Assembly (NCBI GenBank): GCA_030390025.1
Contig: CM059425.1
Coordinates: forward strand, 163,806,001 to 163,870,000
Direction of reading: 5' to 3'
Source: Squalus acanthias
Lineage: Eukaryota
DNA length: 64,000 nt
Shown here: in pieces, positions 61,872 through 64,000 of the stretch
Layout of the letters: every line of letters begins with the position of its first letter
Numbering within the stretch: position 1 is the stretch's first letter
Notes under the pieces: model-generated
Told to the model about the DNA's origin: nothing
Database searches by the model: none
Seen by the model: the letters and a program-made list of their open reading frames with translations, nothing else
Made by a program: the position numbers and the translations under genes

Positions 61872-62500
61872 ATCCTGAGAGAGGACAGCAGGTTCTTGCT
61901 CCATGGAGCCATGGCCACTCCCCCAGGGCGGCACCTCAGCATTCCTAGCCATCTTTTGGAACATAGATTGCTGGACTGCTGTGAGACCCTGCAAGCCCCT
62001 TTACACACTTATAAACCCAACCACGAAGGCATCAGTCTGACCCGTCTTCCTCTGTGTACCCCAGAACCAAAGCCTCCAATGCTGCATCAGAGAAGCGCCT
62101 TGCCCTTTCTCTTCCCTGCATCCGGAGTGACAATGAGGTGCTTCTGCAAGAAAGCACCTCCCCTTTAAGAAGTGCAGAGAGCCTCGGCAAAATTTTATTT
62201 GTCAGTAGACTGCACGCGATATTGGGCCCCCTGTTGAGCACTGAGCCAACCAGCAGCGTGTTTAACGCTGAGCTCAGTGCTCCAATCATTATAATGAGCA
62301 GGCAGCCTGAATTTTGCACCACTTTGAACGGGTGCGGGCAGATTGTGCTTCACGCTCCCCGCGCCCATTTTCGGGCGCAATCCAATTTCACCCTCACTGT
62401 ATATAATATCCATGATGCGGGGATGCCGGTGTTGGACTGGGGTGGACAAAAGTGAGAAGTCGCACAACACCAGGTTATAGTCCAACAGCTTTATTTGAAA

Positions 62501-62538
62501 TCACAAGCTTTCGGAGTGCTGCTCCTTCGTCAGGTGAA
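62501..62538 (-). ncRNA. Minimal hammerhead motif (inverted copy)
   Basis: Reverse complement reads TTCACCTGACGAAGGAGCAGCACTCCGAAAGCTTGTGA. Confidence 0.7.
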
Positions 62539-63327
62539 CACGACCACGACACCACACAACCCTGCCATGGCAACCTCTGCAAGACATGCCAGATCATCAA
62601 CACAGATACCATCAGCACACGTGAGGACACTACCCACCAGGTACATGGTACATACTCATGTGACTCGGCCAACGTTGTCTACCTCATACGTTGCAGGAAA
62701 GGATGCCCCGGAGCATGGTACATCGGCGAGACCATGCAGACACTGCGACAACGTATGAACGGACACCGCGCAACAATCGCCAGGCAGGATTGTTACCTCC
62801 CAGTCGGGGAACACTTCAGCAGTCAAGGACATTCAGCCTCCGATCTTCGGGTAAGCGTTCTCCAAGGCGGCCTTCGAGACACACGACAACGCAAAATCAT
62901 CGAGCAGAAACTGATAACCAAGTTCCGCACCCATGAGGACGGCCTCAACCGGGATCTTGGGTTCATGTCACGCTACATGTAATCCCACCTGACGTAGAGT
63001 CATCCAGACTCGAGTCGTCGTTGGCTTGTTCACAGATGCGGCCGGACCTGCTGTGATTTCCAGCAAAAAAAGTAAAAAGTTTCAAGTTTTTGGTTTTCCA
63101 TACAGACTGCAGCATCTGCCACATTAGACCCCTTGTGACCCCACCTCATTGTCTTTGTTGTATTTTGCTATCGTCTTTGATGTAATGTTTTCCTGACTGA
63201 CCTGGTTGGACACCATCCACACCTTTGATTGCCGTGATTGTCTCTCTGCTGATGTGTGATAAAGGGCAGTTAGAAAGATTAACTGTAGTCGTCTGGCATT
63301 GTTCTCTGCACAGGCATTGTTCTCTGT

Positions 63328-63364
63328 CTATATATGCTGTGCCCATTTGTATTTCTTCACTTCA
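63328..63364 (+). promoter_or_regulatory. Putative pLTR TATA box + initiator
   Basis: CTATATATG lies ~30 nt before TCACTTC; the same arrangement occurs at 44835-44871 although the spacer is diverged. Confidence 0.5.
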
Positions 63365-63398
63365 CCTGACGAAGGAGCAGCGCTCCGAAAGCTTGTGA
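63361..63398 (+). ncRNA. Minimal hammerhead ribozyme
   Basis: Identical to 61781-61818. Confidence 0.78.
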
Positions 63399-64000
63399 TT
63401 TCAAATAAAGCTTTTGGACTATAACCTGGTGTTGTGCGACTTCTCACTTTTGTATTTAATATATAAGGGCTGATTTCCTGATATGTACAGCTGTCAGAGA
63501 GGCTTTCTGCCAGTAGTGTACATTTGAAATATTGACCCTTATAAATATGTTTTAACTTAAAAGGCTTCATTAGTCAGGATTTATTAGTATGTAGTAAGCT
63601 GTACCTTTTGCTTCTCTAATATTTTGAATGTCCTTTAATTGATGGCTCTTAAAAGGGAATTATGTTAAACTGAATTTGCACATAGCTATAATTTGATCAA
63701 AATGATATCAGTACACTAACTGCACTTTAGCTCTTCCTTTTTCCTGTACTTAATGCTTTAAAATTTATGGTTACAAGCTGCTTATATATTGCGCCATGTT
63801 AGTGGTTCTGGCTTCCAAAATGCAGGTCTCACTCGAGCTGCAACTCGAAAGTAAACTTGCCAGGATTCGCAAAGGCCAACAGCAGGTCATTTCTACTGGT
63901 CTTCCTGACCACCAGCCTTAACGAGCAGAAGGCAAGCATCTTTGGCTTGGAGCCAGCTGCACAACACCCACTCATCAGGAGTCGGAAACCTCACATGGGT

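Larger units (their letters stand above)
60287..62393 (+). mobile_element. Decayed Harbinger: transposase pseudogene 60287-~61340, Myb remnants, right terminus CAATTTCACCC
   Basis: MGALL..., ALNFFTSGSFQ, NRKVYHSLNVQ; minus-strand RERARRFSDAALEAL. Confidence 0.85.
62410..63450 (+). mobile_element. 5'-truncated Penelope family-1 copy with an inverted pLTR+tail (62411-62538)
   Basis: GIY-YIG coding sequence ~62539-62982; TSD TGTATATAATAT / TGTATTTAATAT (62398-62409, 63451-63462). Confidence 0.9.

Overview
Repeat-dense eukaryotic genomic DNA; the CR1/L2/DeuSINE/Penelope content suggests a cartilaginous fish (inference). I found no intact host gene. Main contents: (1) a GT6-family (ABO/GGTA1/GBGT1-like) alpha-1,3-glycosyltransferase pseudogene on the minus strand (~47756 to ~41069). 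It appears intronless and is split into three pieces by a Harbinger MITE and by a CR1 LINE that itself contains a Penelope element. (2) A cluster of PIF/Harbinger DNA transposons: one apparently intact element (25631-29847; DDE transposase plus a convergent 3-exon Myb/SANT gene), several decayed copies, internal-deletion derivatives and MITEs. (3) A Penelope-like retroelement family (RT + GIY-YIG) whose terminal repeats carry minimal hammerhead ribozymes. Its five insertions have target-site duplications (TSDs) and range from a 2.8 kb copy to a 167-bp-arm fold-back hairpin, a 91-bp ribozyme-only insert and a 27-bp 'tail' insert. A second Penelope family has its own hammerhead. (4) Many CR1/L2-group LINE and SINE fragments. 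All assignments come from reading motifs by eye; no database search was run.
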